A DNA stretch of 64,000 nt from Schizochytrium sp. TIO01 (taxonomy: Eukaryota > Protista > Bigyra: Labyrinthulomycetes): positions 4,476,040-4,540,039 of the forward strand of contig SMSO01000035.1 of the NCBI GenBank assembly GCA_004764695.1, read 5' to 3'. This document shows, piece by piece, positions 1 to 11,189 of the stretch. The notes beneath the pieces are model-generated. The model had not been told where the DNA came from. It ran no database searches and was given only the letters and a program-made list of their open reading frames with translations. The translations under genes were made by a program, and so were the position numbers. Within the stretch, counting starts at the first letter, position 1; the number at the start of each line of letters is the position of its first letter.

Positions 1-3000
1 CTTCTGACTTAGCTGCGCCCGCAAGACAAACCTCAATTTCGTCAATAGCGTCCTGAGAGGGCGGCACATAATCCTGTGAACTTGCTTCAAGGTCAAGCGT
101 GCGCGTGAACTCATGTGCAACCTGAGCTAAAGCTTGTCCAGACCAGTCTCCAAACCAATCAACAACACAACGATTGAAGAGTGCAGGTGAAGTTGCCGCG
201 CGATTTTTCAAGTCACTTGACGCAGGGTTCATGGTGAATACCACATGTAGATTCCGCTGCACATTGCGCGTGAATGCCTTAAATACCTCTTCATCATCAT
301 CAGTGTCGATAACTGCACCGGATGTGCCATCCCGTTGGAGAGCCTCTCGGCATGTACTCATCAGTGAATTGTATTCATCACCTTCAAAGAGACCAGGGAC
401 CTCACCACTAGCTAAAAGTGCGTTCATACGCTCCAAAAACGCAGACTCCAACACGTTGGACTCATCAAAAATAAAGCAAACCTTTTCGCCCTGACAACCT
501 GCCTGTTTCATGATGTATCGTAAATCTTCGTCGAAATCATCCAAGCTATACTTTCGTGAAAGTTTGATTTGGAAAACTCGGAGTCCATTCATCCAAGCTA
601 CGAAGCGGGATAAAACGGTCTTTCCTGCACCTGACTTGCCCACAAGCAGCAAGTGCCCTAACGGTTGACGAAGAACACGATCAATCCTCAAAACATGCTC
701 AAGAACGTCATCGAATACAACAAGCGGTACGTTGAGTTCCTCTTCGTAAAACACGCGTAGGCGGGCCTCCACATGCTCTCGAAGCTCGTCCTGACTTACG
801 CTAACGTAGTTCTTCGTAATCCAGTTTGCAAAAAGGACAGGTCGCGCAAGTGCTTCATTGTGGTCTGCACCAGGAAAGCGGCTCTGCGCAATTTCATCAA
901 GGTTTTCAGAACACCAGCCACGTTCTTCGCTGCTGATAAGGCGGTCATGAAACAAACGAAGGCCTTCATGAAGCCACAAACGCACAAGCTGGTCAACTGA
1001 AACAGACTCCATTTGTCCAAGCGCCTCGTATAGGGCTCTCATCCAGCGAGAGAGTTCACGCGGACTGTACACATAGTGCGGTGCAACGTCGGCAGAGAAT
1101 TTTGCTTTATTCGCTGCATATACATCCACCATGGCATCAGTAAGCGCATCACCGTGAGCACGCAGAGGGGGTTGGAGCTTAAGCAAGGCGCGGTTAAAGG
1201 TCCCGTAGATTTGCCTCAGAGAATCTGGCACCGGATAGTCTACAAGAAGTAGCGGAGTGTGTCGCAAGAAACGGTGAGACAAAGGAACGCGCCCAGGGTC
1301 TGTCGGAGGGTTACACGCACTGACAAACTGTATACGTTCAACGGAAACCCAAGCTAGATCACGAGGGCGCCAAAATCCCCCTTGCTCGACAATTTGCCGC
1401 ATAAATGTGATAACATGCTGGGTGCCATAGGCATCCGTAACTGGGAGATTGACCTCATCACAGAAAACAACAAGCCAGCGGTCAGGTTGCGGTGGCGCGA
1501 GCACAACCCCAGAACGTGTTGTTTTATACACGCAGTATTGCTCAAAAGTCTTCAAGATAAGCTCTGGCGTTGTAGCTGAGCTGAAGTTCAAAGAAGCCAG
1601 TTCGAAATTAGGCATACCTTGAAGCACGCTCGTCAATGACATAGTTTTTCCTGAACCTGGAGGACCGCAAAGGATCAACGGACGGTGCTCATCAAGCCAG
1701 GCGTGAAGAACCTGAGCATGGCGCACAGTATCAACTGTGGGGATCACTAAATCCGTATCCATGACACGGTGCGGGTCAATCTCCATTTTTGGAACACTTT
1801 CCTTCCACGGTCTCCATCCTCCATCTTCGACATTGACCTCAAAGTCCCACAGTTCAGCAGGATCAGCGGTAGGCAAGTCAATTGTGGTTCGGGAGCCCAC
1901 AGCTACAGCAAGCTTATGGCGAGCTTCAAAATCCATTGAACCACCAAATCCCCAAAGCACTGAAAAGAGAGCCCATCGGGAAAGGAATATCTGCATGTGC
2001 TCGTCCTCCATCGGGAACTCTGGGCGATTCTGGTTGTATTCACTCACAGCAGCAAAACCACGGCCCAAGAGAGAAAAGAATGAAACAATGAGTCGCATCT
2101 GGGTTACGTCCATCACATGCGGAAGTTCCATAGCAATAGGGAGAACTTGTTGTACAAGACCACCTGGAGCAAGAAGGGGCTGCACGATTTCTGAGCACTG
2201 ACTTTCAATAGATGCCTCAATCTCAATCTCTGTATCCTCTTCAGGACGTCCTACACCAGCAGAGGCGATACCGGCCTTGGAGCTGTCTGATGTTGATGCA
2301 TTCGTAAGAGATGCAATGGGTGGCCAATTGGACGCAGCCTCTGACTTGGTACGCCCAGCCTCAAGTAAGCGAATACGGTTGTTGAAGATATCATCGATAG
2401 ATAAGGTATCCTCACTATACCAAACCATACCACAACGACTGACCGTTGCAAGTGTTGCATATTTGAGAGTCTCAACCTCAAACATAATGCGAACATTGTC
2501 CGGAATACTCAAACGTTCACCATTCGGGAGTGTCAACAGTTTGTTATCATCAAGAACAGAGTTCAAGTTCTCAGCCCACTCAGGATCAACATCACCGTCG
2601 AAAACAATCCAGTGACGCTTGGTTTTTTCACCTCGCACATTATTTAGAATTGTGCGAAGAGTATGCGTAAATATACCATTGGTCCATTCAAGAGTGTTGG
2701 GGTCCAGCGTACCATAGAGTGCCTCCTTTGAAATTGCCTTAGGATCAATGACATGTGCCTGCCCCTTCTGGCCGTCCACGAGTTCAAGGGCTTCAAGCAA
2801 GACTCTCCATGAGGAGGACTTACCTGAGCCTGAAGGTCCTACCATCATAATTCCATGACGCATTTGTTGAACCTGGTCCAATTGCAAAACCTTATTTACC
2901 CAACGTTCACTCGGCACAAGGCACCACGCCTCACACACATGATAAATGGCATCACGCAGAGCCTTCGCATCTGCTGTGGCAACCTCAGCTCCAGGGAATA

Positions 3001-6000
3001 CACCAGCAAGAAGTGTCTGGAAAAGCATGACATCCTCCGAAACAAGCTTTGGCACAACATTTTCGCACAAACTGCGAATGAGAATATCTTGCTCGTCATC
3101 CTTTGAGCCTCTTTTCAAGTTTCCTGCACTTAGCAAGACTGACTTGACAGCACGAAGGCCAAAGTCGTAATGAGGTTGCTGAGAGAGCTGATCCGCACAA
3201 AGTTTGAAGAGCAAGACAATCTTGCCTGCAAGACGTTCGGCGGACTTAAAACCTTGAGAATAAAGCATAACCTGAGCGATGAGATCGCGATCAGGTTCAA
3301 TCATTGCAATTGATCTAAAGAGCTGCTTCAAGTTATCTGGCAGGTTAGATCGACCAGCGTAACCTGGGTTCATCGTGACAAAGATGCCAACGTTCGGGTT
3401 CAACGATACCGGTTTGTCAAGGAGTGTGAGCTCACTCTTCTTCTCAAGCAGTGCACGCTGAATATCGAGGATTTGTTGGGAAACAGCAGAAAGGATTCGC
3501 TCCTCCAAGCGGTTGAACTCGTCAAAGCAACCCCATGCGCCTACTTGACAGAGACCAACAAAGATACGACCCATTGCTTTAAGATCAAAGTGTTCATCAC
3601 AGTTGAAGACAAGGACAAAGCGACCAAGCTGAGCACCGAGAGCCTTGACAGACTCAGTTTTACCCGTGCCAGCAGGGCCGAAGGGGTTTCCACCTAGGCG
3701 AAAATGGAGTGCCTGGGTAAGGGCGAGATAGCAACGATCAGTGAGAGGGGTCTGCACGAGTCGTTCACCAACGCCTTGATATTCGAAACCATAGTCGAAC
3801 GTCGCATTGGCAATGTGCAGGGAAAGTCTGTCTTGCTGCCATTGATAGCGAATTTGACTGAGCCACTCAAATGCATGGGCAGAGGTGTCTTGACCAGAGC
3901 TGCTACGCACGGCCAGCTTTCGAAGAACATCCCGCTGATGCACCATCTCCGTGATAATCTGCTCATGCTTTTTGCGAACTTCAGTCGAAAGGTTTCCGGA
4001 GAGAACACGTTCAGCTAATATTCCAAGCCAATGTTCTGTGCGGTCACAAAGAGCAGAGAGTTGTTGACCAGTCTCCATGCTATCGCGTGATGCAAGCACA
4101 GCATCTACACTAGCACACCAGGATACTTGACTGGCAAGAATGAGAATTTGTGAGGGATAGCGATCGAGCCAAGGAGTAAATGCATCCTCGCCCTGCTCGG
4201 AGGTTGGCCGTGATAACGGGTTAGATTCATTTGCACTACGAAGTAATGTTGATAATGTCGTTCGCATAGCGCGCTCAACACCACCAAGCCAGTCATTAAC
4301 TTTTCCATCAATCATAACAGGTGCAGGCTGGAACGGAACAATCTCGCCTTCGCGAGACACCATTGCAGTAGCAGCATTCGCCTCTTCATCAATCTTCAGA
4401 GAAACAATACCTGCAAACATTTTACTCATGTGACGTTGAACCTTGATCGGATCCTTTGAGTTACCAATGATTTCAAGCAAGTCCTCGTCACCGACAAAGT
4501 AGAAACGAGAAAAGCTTTGACGCTGGCGCTCAAGATAGTCGCCCAAAGCACGCTGGATTTTCTCGAGAAGATCAGCGAGTCGACCTAGAGAGTGATCTAA
4601 ATTGGGCATCGAATTGATGACTTCAAGGATACGTGGGGCACGAGACACTTTACGCATGAGAGTAATAAACTCCCCATCGATGGATGAAAAACGACTGTAC
4701 TCATTAGGCAATTGCTGCTTGATATCAGCACTGCCAAGAAGAATAGCCCCGAGATATACCCAACGGCGCTGTACATCAATCCAAATGTCAAGTACAACCC
4801 TAATTCGCAATAATTTATCCTCCCATGTAGATGCTTCCTCCTCAAATACCTTGAAGTAGGGACTTTGTTTCATGGAAGCTAGACTATTAGTATGCTCATC
4901 TAACTGAGTGAACAGGTCATCCCAACCACGGACGATGCGGCAACGGTTCTGGAAGTTAACAAGATCAAGCTCATAGCTGGACCAAAACTCCCGAATCTGA
5001 CGTAAGAATTCTTCAAGTGCCATTTCACCCTGCGCGGTGCGAAAGATATCCTGAAGAGGTTTCTGATGACGTTTAAGGTCGGTAGCCCATAGATCACCGA
5101 GTGTGAGATCTGATACCGTCTTGAGGCCCAGTTCACGAGTGATTTGACGCCAGTGCCTGTCCTTTAGAGACTCGGAACGAAGTTCAATAATCAAGGGCTG
5201 CGTCTTCTTATAGTCGCGCACAGTCTCTTGGATGTACTCAAACGCTTCGTACTGACGAACCCTGCTAGGGAGTTTGCGAAGTTCATCCAAGATGCTATCC
5301 AAGGACACACGAAGCTTTTTGGGGACAACAGCTGTCCAAGGTAACTCACGGAGTTGAGCAAGAGTCTCAGCTACCTCAGCGAGGGACTTCCACACCTCTT
5401 GAAGACTCTCAATTTCATTGCCAAGGTTATCTAACACTGGGTGATCCTGTACTGCGCTGGAGTCATTGCCAAACTCTGCACCCTGCAAGGCCTCTTTAGC
5501 AAGCGAGACTCTCTCCCATTCGTCCTTGGCGTGTGCCTTCCGCGTCGAAAAGAGTGAAAGAACTTCAAGAGCTTCTGCTGGACGACTGTTTCCTCCCACC
5601 GGGCGCTGCTCAGTCCAGTCTGCAGCAAGTTGATCGATACGTGAAGCCACAGCTTTATCTTCCGCAAGAATTTTTGACTGAAGAGTCGGAAGTTCTGTCT
5701 CCAAAATACGTTCCTTGCGGGCCAAAAGTTGTTCGAGAGCGTCCCACTCGCCTTGAATGTTTGCACTCCAAATCCAATTCGAAGGAAACTGCATGCGCTG
5801 ACGCTGGGCTAAGCGTTCTGCCTCAATAAAACTATCGAGATCGCTACCGAGGGAGATTCTACGTGCCTGGACCTTGCGAAGAACTGTAATATAGTTGACA
5901 ACATCAGCTGTTGGGGCATCGAAGCTGCCAGCTTCAAGTTCATTGCGCATATGGGATACAGTGTCATAAAAGCCCTTCATAGCATCACCAAGCAAGGTGC

Positions 6001-9000
6001 CAAACTTGCCAAGGAGCTCCTTGTGCCATGCGTCGTAGCGAAGACTGATTTGAGCTTGTACTTGCTGAAAGTCCACAGTAACAGGCCCGAAGTGGCGCAT
6101 GTGCTCTGCAGTGTCAAATGTAGTACGAGCAGTTTGAACATCCTTCAAGAGGCGATGCCATTGGGTAAATGAATTGCCCATCGTCTCGAAAACCTCGTTG
6201 GATTCCATTTCCCACAATGCCTGATATTGAAGCCAAGTACGCACATACGTATCGATTTCTTGCATCCGTGCTTCAATTTGTGTATACGCATTGGTAAGTA
6301 GACCAAGGCCAGCTTCAACGTCCCCAGACGAGCTTTCTTCACCAGCAGAAGCTGCGCGCAGGAGAGACTTACGACGAGTTACTGCGACGGCGTTGCCTGT
6401 GTCGTAGCGCGCACTGTGAATTCGAGGGAGGTCAGCCACAATGTCAACTTGCTCGTGCAAAGAGCGAATGCACGTAAAGCGGGCTTCCTGAAGAGGTGGT
6501 TCGAGGTAGAGCGCGTGCTTCCGGAGAACAATCTCGTGCCATGAATCAGCAGTCTCGCCAGCATTAAAACGCTTCACCCAAGAGTCCAGAGCTGAGGACA
6601 GCCGCTCTTGGAGGGCACAATCGATGCGATCCTCTAAATGAGCTACCCAGGCATTAAGATTGGTATAGGAAGCCAAGTTCATTTCATCGACAATGCGCTG
6701 CATAGCATCAATGCAACCTCCCAAAGCTTCAGGTGAGTACGGGCATGACTTGAGGTGCAGCAGTTGCTCCTGAACAGCCATTGTTTTTTCAGATGCTGCT
6801 ACAACCTTGTCTTGGAGAGCTTGGACACGCTGTGCAAAATCAGCAGCATAATCCCGAAGACCGTCAGAGTCCCAATTGACAGCTTTGCCAGACTTCTCAA
6901 ATGCGGCCTCGATGACAGCCTGAGCTTCGCTAACATAAGTAGAGAGCAGTGACGCAAGCTCGTCATCCATTTGAGAAATTGTAAGCTTGTATGCCTCAAG
7001 CGAAGATTGCAAAGACATCGCATAAGGGTATTTCTCTTTGGCTTCATCGGAGATCACCTTGAGTGTATACGGGATACGGAAACCAAGCCACTGAAGGTTG
7101 CGAACTTCCTTAAAAAGTTCTACAATTTCAGGATCAAAGTTTACAGAGAGAGTGAGTGCAGTGCCAGATGCATTCTCCTCTACACGGAAGAGGCGACCAG
7201 TGACCTCAAAGCTAGGGGCATTCTGAATATTTTTCATCCACTGATCAAACATTGCTTGCGTGTTCAGCTTTTTCTTGAAAGCTGCGCCCGTTTCCTTCAG
7301 CCTTCGGCCTTCCACATGTTGTTCCCAGCCAGCACCAAGAACTGCTTCTACTCTGCTAAGCAACTGGTCAAGCTGGCGCTCAATCTGACGAGCCCAAATA
7401 ATGGCACCTGAGACCGGGGGTACATCTTTGACACGGCTCATAAGACTCGCTTGAGACTGACCATAGCTCCTCTTAAAGGTACGTTGAAGGGCCTCAATAT
7501 CTTCTTCCACTGTACCAATAAGACGAGTTTGAAATTGTTGAATGGCGCCACGAATACGCGGGCGGAAAAAGAGCGCATTAAAGCGCGAAAACACACGAAA
7601 CATCTCATCAGCGGTCTTTGCAGCTCCAAGCTTATCTGTAAGGTGCTCGATGATACGACGCTCAATGCGGTCTACACGGCGCTCGTACATGGTCTTTGCA
7701 CTCTCCCAGGCCGACGCGCCTTCGCGGGAGAGATTGAGCACATCAATCGAAGAGACAATCTCGTAGGCACTTTCGATAGAGTCCGGGTTCTCAGAGGCTG
7801 CCGACAAGGCCGCCTTTTGTTCTTCCTCTTCGCTGATATCCTTTCTTTGATTAGCATCTGCATCTTGTGAAGCCAAGGTAGACGAGACAGAAGATGCAGA
7901 GAGGTTGTCGTGTGTGAGAACAACTTTTTCCAAAACGGTCTGCAGCTTATCATGGGATGCACGAAACGCACGGAGATCCTCAAGCCGCTCCTGAAGATGT
8001 ACATGCTCAAACGACAATTTTGGCGGCAGACGTTCTGAACCGCGACGCTTTGCGAGATCACGTGCAAGCTCTCTGAAACTACGGACACTATCATCCCAAG
8101 TGCGAAAGAGAATTTGAGTGCTGCGGATAATCTGCTCGAACTCTGCAAAAGGCATGTGCATGAGGTTGCTGGAAGAGAGGACAGCAAGCAGCTGGGCATT
8201 CATGTCGCGAGAGAGGCTTTCAACAAGACGCATGGCTTGGGTAAGCGGATACTCATCTGCCGACTTGATCTTCTTAAGGTGAGTGAAAATTTGCACAATA
8301 GCTTCCTGGATTTGGTTCACATCCGTGGCAGCCAGGAGGCCTCCAATAGGAAAGTCTTGCATGAGGATCATATAATTGTTGACACGTTTAAGCGCAGATT
8401 GAAGACCTGTGTCATTCTCAAAGAGGATGGTGGCTAAAGCCCGACGACTTTGTTTGAGGATATCGAGTGTAAGACGAACCTCTGGCCCATCAACTTGGCG
8501 TTGAATCTGTTGAAGAGCGCGTTCAAGGTTGCGCCAAAATTGGACCTCCTGCGAAACACTGCCAGTGCCTGCATCACGATCGAGCTTGGTGACCTTTTGA
8601 ATTTCCTTAACCCAGCGGTTGACCCCAGCCTGAAGGCGGTTGAGCATTTTCGCATCACGTTTGTCTTCTCCAAGACCAATTTCTTCGAGTGCCTTTCCGT
8701 CTGCAGACCCACCTGCATTTGTCAGAGCCTCCGTGACCACGGAGTCCACGGCAAGCCTGACTTCTGGAATTTCTGTGCTCTGCAAACAAGAACGCATGGC
8801 GTACTCGAGCTCGTTCATGCGCTTACTAATAAGAGGAAGGGCCTGGCGCATTGCTTCACTGATGGTTGGCGCTGACCCATTTGCGTTACCGAGGATACTA
8901 GATGCAGTTGGAGTTTCATCTTCCGCAGACGAACCAGATTTCTTGCCACCAGATGTCATGATGGTACCATAGGATTTGAGCAGAGGTCCAAGACCAAAAT

Positions 9001-9547
9001 GGATATAGTCGTAGACACCGTTCAACACGTCATCGCCTCCTGTGGCTTGATCTTCACTCGATGAGTCTGCGTTAACGTTAGAAGACGTTGTTGCTGGTGA
9101 GGATAGTGCTGGGGATGAGCTGTGGTTAGAACGCTGAGCCAAGTTGAGAACTGCGTAGCGGATCTTGTCGCAAATCTGAAAAGACTCTGCATCCCGGCGA
9201 TGATGCTGGCTTTGATCTTGATCATCGCTACGGTTATTATCGTCGTCTCCACTGGTTGAATGAGATTTGTCAAGCGCAAGCGGATGGCGCTTGACAAGCA
9301 CCGCGCCTGCACAACCTTGCCCTCCAAAGCCGACCTCGCTTGCGAAACGTACAGATCCGTCGGATTGACGTTCTATGTAAAGAACTTGTTGACCAGATTC
9401 GAAGACGAAGGTTTCCACTGCACGGTCGACGTCACCGTCGTCCACGACCTCCTCGAGGCTGGCGTCCCATCCAGCACGCACGGCTTCCACGCCTACGCCA
9501 AGCGTGGCAGGCACCACGGCGCAGACGTAGGCCTTGAGAGCCTCCAT
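1..9547 (-). CDS. DYNC1H1: Cytoplasmic dynein-1 heavy chain, 5' part (tail, linker, AAA1-AAA4); 3' end lies beyond the window start
   Basis: Hand translation from ATG at 9547 (MEALKAYVCAVVPATLG...). The frame is the same at every position I checked: WLQYQALWEM (~6210), AAA1 GGNPFGPAGTGKTE (~3670), AAA2 GPSGSGKS (~2830), AAA3 LCGPPGSGKT (~1655), and the window start. Also AAA4 LVGKSGAGKTVLSRFVAW (~630) and the dynein-1 segment ATSPALFNRCVVDWFGDWS (~150-200). No stop codon in the window, so the ORF track omits it. Confidence 0.96.
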   Translation of the reverse strand, partial: MEALKAYVCAVVPATLGVGVEAVRAGWDASLEEVVDDGDVDRAVETFVFESGQQVLYIERQSDGSVRFASEVGFGGQGCAGAVLVKRHPLALDKSHSTSGDDDNNRSDDQDQSQHHRRDAESFQICDKIRYAVLNLAQRSNHSSSPALSSPATTSSNVNADSSSEDQATGGDDVLNGVYDYIHFGLGPLLKSYGTIMTSGGKKSGSSAEDETPTASSILGNANGSAPTISEAMRQALPLISKRMNELEYAMRSCLQSTEIPEVRLAVDSVVTEALTNAGGSADGKALEEIGLGEDKRDAKMLNRLQAGVNRWVKEIQKVTKLDRDAGTGSVSQEVQFWRNLERALQQIQRQVDGPEVRLTLDILKQSRRALATILFENDTGLQSALKRVNNYMILMQDFPIGGLLAATDVNQIQEAIVQIFTHLKKIKSADEYPLTQAMRLVESLSRDMNAQLLAVLSSSNLMHMPFAEFEQIIRSTQILFRTWDDSVRSFRELARDLAKRRGSERLPPKLSFEHVHLQERLEDLRAFRASHDKLQTVLEKVVLTHDNLSASSVSSTLASQDADANQRKDISEEEEQKAALSAASENPDSIESAYEIVSSIDVLNLSREGASAWESAKTMYERRVDRIERRIIEHLTDKLGAAKTADEMFRVFSRFNALFFRPRIRGAIQQFQTRLIGTVEEDIEALQRTFKRSYGQSQASLMSRVKDVPPVSGAIIWARQIERQLDQLLSRVEAVLGAGWEQHVEGRRLKETGAAFKKKLNTQAMFDQWMKNIQNAPSFEVTGRLFRVEENASGTALTLSVNFDPEIVELFKEVRNLQWLGFRIPYTLKVISDEAKEKYPYAMSLQSSLEAYKLTISQMDDELASLLSTYVSEAQAVIEAAFEKSGKAVNWDSDGLRDYAADFAQRVQALQDKVVAASEKTMAVQEQLLHLKSCPYSPEALGGCIDAMQRIVDEMNLASYTNLNAWVAHLEDRIDCALQERLSSALDSWVKRFNAGETADSWHEIVLRKHALYLEPPLQEARFTCIRSLHEQVDIVADLPRIHSARYDTGNAVAVTRRKSLLRAASAGEESSSGDVEAGLGLLTNAYTQIEARMQEIDTYVRTWLQYQALWEMESNEVFETMGNSFTQWHRLLKDVQTARTTFDTAEHMRHFGPVTVDFQQVQAQISLRYDAWHKELLGKFGTLLGDAMKGFYDTVSHMRNELEAGSFDAPTADVVNYITVLRKVQARRISLGSDLDSFIEAERLAQRQRMQFPSNWIWSANIQGEWDALEQLLARKERILETELPTLQSKILAEDKAVASRIDQLAADWTEQRPVGGNSRPAEALEVLSLFSTRKAHAKDEWERVSLAKEALQGAEFGNDSSAVQDHPVLDNLGNEIESLQEVWKSLAEVAETLAQLRELPWTAVVPKKLRVSLDSILDELRKLPSRVRQYEAFEYIQETVRDYKKTQPLIIELRSESLKDRHWRQITRELGLKTVSDLTLGDLWATDLKRHQKPLQDIFRTAQGEMALEEFLRQIREFWSSYELDLVNFQNRCRIVRGWDDLFTQLDEHTNSLASMKQSPYFKVFEEEASTWEDKLLRIRVVLDIWIDVQRRWVYLGAILLGSADIKQQLPNEYSRFSSIDGEFITLMRKVSRAPRILEVINSMPNLDHSLGRLADLLEKIQRALGDYLERQRQSFSRFYFVGDEDLLEIIGNSKDPIKVQRHMSKMFAGIVSLKIDEEANAATAMVSREGEIVPFQPAPVMIDGKVNDWLGGVERAMRTTLSTLLRSANESNPLSRPTSEQGEDAFTPWLDRYPSQILILASQVSWCASVDAVLASRDSMETGQQLSALCDRTEHWLGILAERVLSGNLSTEVRKKHEQIITEMVHQRDVLRKLAVRSSSGQDTSAHAFEWLSQIRYQWQQDRLSLHIANATFDYGFEYQGVGERLVQTPLTDRCYLALTQALHFRLGGNPFGPAGTGKTESVKALGAQLGRFVLVFNCDEHFDLKAMGRIFVGLCQVGAWGCFDEFNRLEERILSAVSQQILDIQRALLEKKSELTLLDKPVSLNPNVGIFVTMNPGYAGRSNLPDNLKQLFRSIAMIEPDRDLIAQVMLYSQGFKSAERLAGKIVLLFKLCADQLSQQPHYDFGLRAVKSVLLSAGNLKRGSKDDEQDILIRSLCENVVPKLVSEDVMLFQTLLAGVFPGAEVATADAKALRDAIYHVCEAWCLVPSERWVNKVLQLDQVQQMRHGIMMVGPSGSGKSSSWRVLLEALELVDGQKGQAHVIDPKAISKEALYGTLDPNTLEWTNGIFTHTLRTILNNVRGEKTKRHWIVFDGDVDPEWAENLNSVLDDNKLLTLPNGERLSIPDNVRIMFEVETLKYATLATVSRCGMVWYSEDTLSIDDIFNNRIRLLEAGRTKSEAASNWPPIASLTNASTSDSSKAGIASAGVGRPEEDTEIEIEASIESQCSEIVQPLLAPGGLVQQVLPIAMELPHVMDVTQMRLIVSFFSLLGRGFAAVSEYNQNRPEFPMEDEHMQIFLSRWALFSVLWGFGGSMDFEARHKLAVAVGSRTTIDLPTADPAELWDFEVNVEDGGWRPWKESVPKMEIDPHRVMDTDLVIPTVDTVRHAQVLHAWLDEHRPLILCGPPGSGKTMSLTSVLQGMPNFELASLNFSSATTPELILKTFEQYCVYKTTRSGVVLAPPQPDRWLVVFCDEVNLPVTDAYGTQHVITFMRQIVEQGGFWRPRDLAWVSVERIQFVSACNPPTDPGRVPLSHRFLRHTPLLLVDYPVPDSLRQIYGTFNRALLKLQPPLRAHGDALTDAMVDVYAANKAKFSADVAPHYVYSPRELSRWMRALYEALGQMESVSVDQLVRLWLHEGLRLFHDRLISSEERGWCSENLDEIAQSRFPGADHNEALARPVLFANWITKNYVSVSQDELREHVEARLRVFYEEELNVPLVVFDDVLEHVLRIDRVLRQPLGHLLLVGKSGAGKTVLSRFVAWMNGLRVFQIKLSRKYSLDDFDEDLRYIMKQAGCQGEKVCFIFDESNVLESAFLERMNALLASGEVPGLFEGDEYNSLMSTCREALQRDGTSGAVIDTDDDEEVFKAFTRNVQRNLHVVFTMNPASSDLKNRAATSPALFNRCVVDWFGDWSGQALAQVAHEFTRTLDLEASSQDYVPPSQDAIDEIEVCLAGAAKSE

Positions 9548-11189
9548 ACGGTCAGAGGTATCGGCAACGGCGAAAGCGTGCTCGATGAATGGAGTTGGGA
9601 TACTGATGATTTGACTGATCGTTCGTTTATCCGTCAATCTATCTATTTACTGCTACTTGTTCCTAATAACCAGTAGTACTATCTTTCTATCTATTTGGCT
9701 GTTTATCTAGATAACTATGTCTCTAGCTAGGTAGGTAGCTATGCGTATGTATTGTTTCAAGAAAAAATATTTACCAAAAAAAACACTAAATATTTAGGAG
9801 TAGTACCTACCTATCTACTCAGGTATTACCTGTTACTAGTAGTAAGATATCTATTACAAAAATGTAAAGTATATAGTAGTCGTACCTATGGAAATAATGC
9901 TCATTTTGCTAATCATATTTTGACGATTTCTTTTTACAAAGACAGAGGTGCTCCTAGTGGTGCATAGCAGCCGCCTAACAGCAGTATCTGTTTAAAACAG
10001 ATTAGTACCTAGGTAGGTAAACTACATACTTAATAGCGCTAAGGTCTCTTTTTCTCTTTCCTCTTGCTCGGTTTTTTGGTTTTTTTTCTTTTGCTCTTGT
10101 TTCAACCATATTTCATCATGATGTTTCTTTTTTATAAAAGAGAAATCGTATGCTCGTCTTGCTATTCAAGATAAATATGATAGGTATCGTCTTCTTGTTG
10201 ATATTCAATTCTTTCCTTAGCTTTATTTTCTGGTAGCACAGTCTTTGATCGACTAATCTAACATTCTACCTTCTGAGGGCTTCTTTCCTCTTGTTTATTT
10301 TCCCCACGAAACTTCTGGTATCAACAGTGGCATTTCATATGTTCACACGAGACTTTTGGCTTGAGTTTTTACTCAAGCTAAAGGTTTTAAAGGTATTCGC
10401 TCTGACTACCTGTAGGTAGTGAGAGCGACGTTCACGAAGAGACCGACTCAATCGTCACCGAGATAAAATATTTTCTTTTCTACTACCCATACTACCAGAC
10501 TTCCTCTTCTTTCCTTTGTTTTACGTTTATCAAAACGTGTAGTCTCCTGCAAGCAGCATAAGGATCGGCCAGAATTATTTTGCCTCAAGCTACTCGCGTC
10601 TACCTACTGTGCAAGAATTATGATACACATAGATTACTCGTGGAACTGATCGCACTACCTTGAAAACAGTATTGACGAAGCTTGACAGGCATTCTTCTGT
10701 TGTGTCAAAGCTCGTTCATTTAGATATCCATGAATATTCTTATAATTAAAAATCTCTTTCTTTTTTCTTTTCTCCATTTAGCTACTCTCTAGGGTAGGTA
10801 CAAACTACGAAGGCGGTCAATAAATGTTTAGTTTGTTTATTTATAATCTTTTCTAAAAGCTCCTATGATGTCAGTTTGCAGAGATTGAGGCTAATATATC
10901 GCTTGTGAGCATAAAATGCATTCATTTTTGAATAGGTGACCATAGAATTGGGAAATCTCTTCTGCCTAGGCTCAAACGAATGAGATTCCATAGAAACTCA
11001 CACAAGCTAGAAAAACCGAACATACCTAGCTAGGTATATTTAAAAAGTTTTGGCGCGAATAAGGGCTGTCAGAATAAGCGTAGTAGCATTGGTATAGATA
11101 TACCTATTACCTACAATTCTTGATGTCTTGCTCAATGAGCTCCAAGTGCTCGGTAATGTATGAATAATCCCCCATTCAACCCATACAAT

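Noticed and set aside
174-9676. Many short ORFs on both strands across the dynein gene
   Set aside because: Shadow ORFs of the single dynein reading frame.
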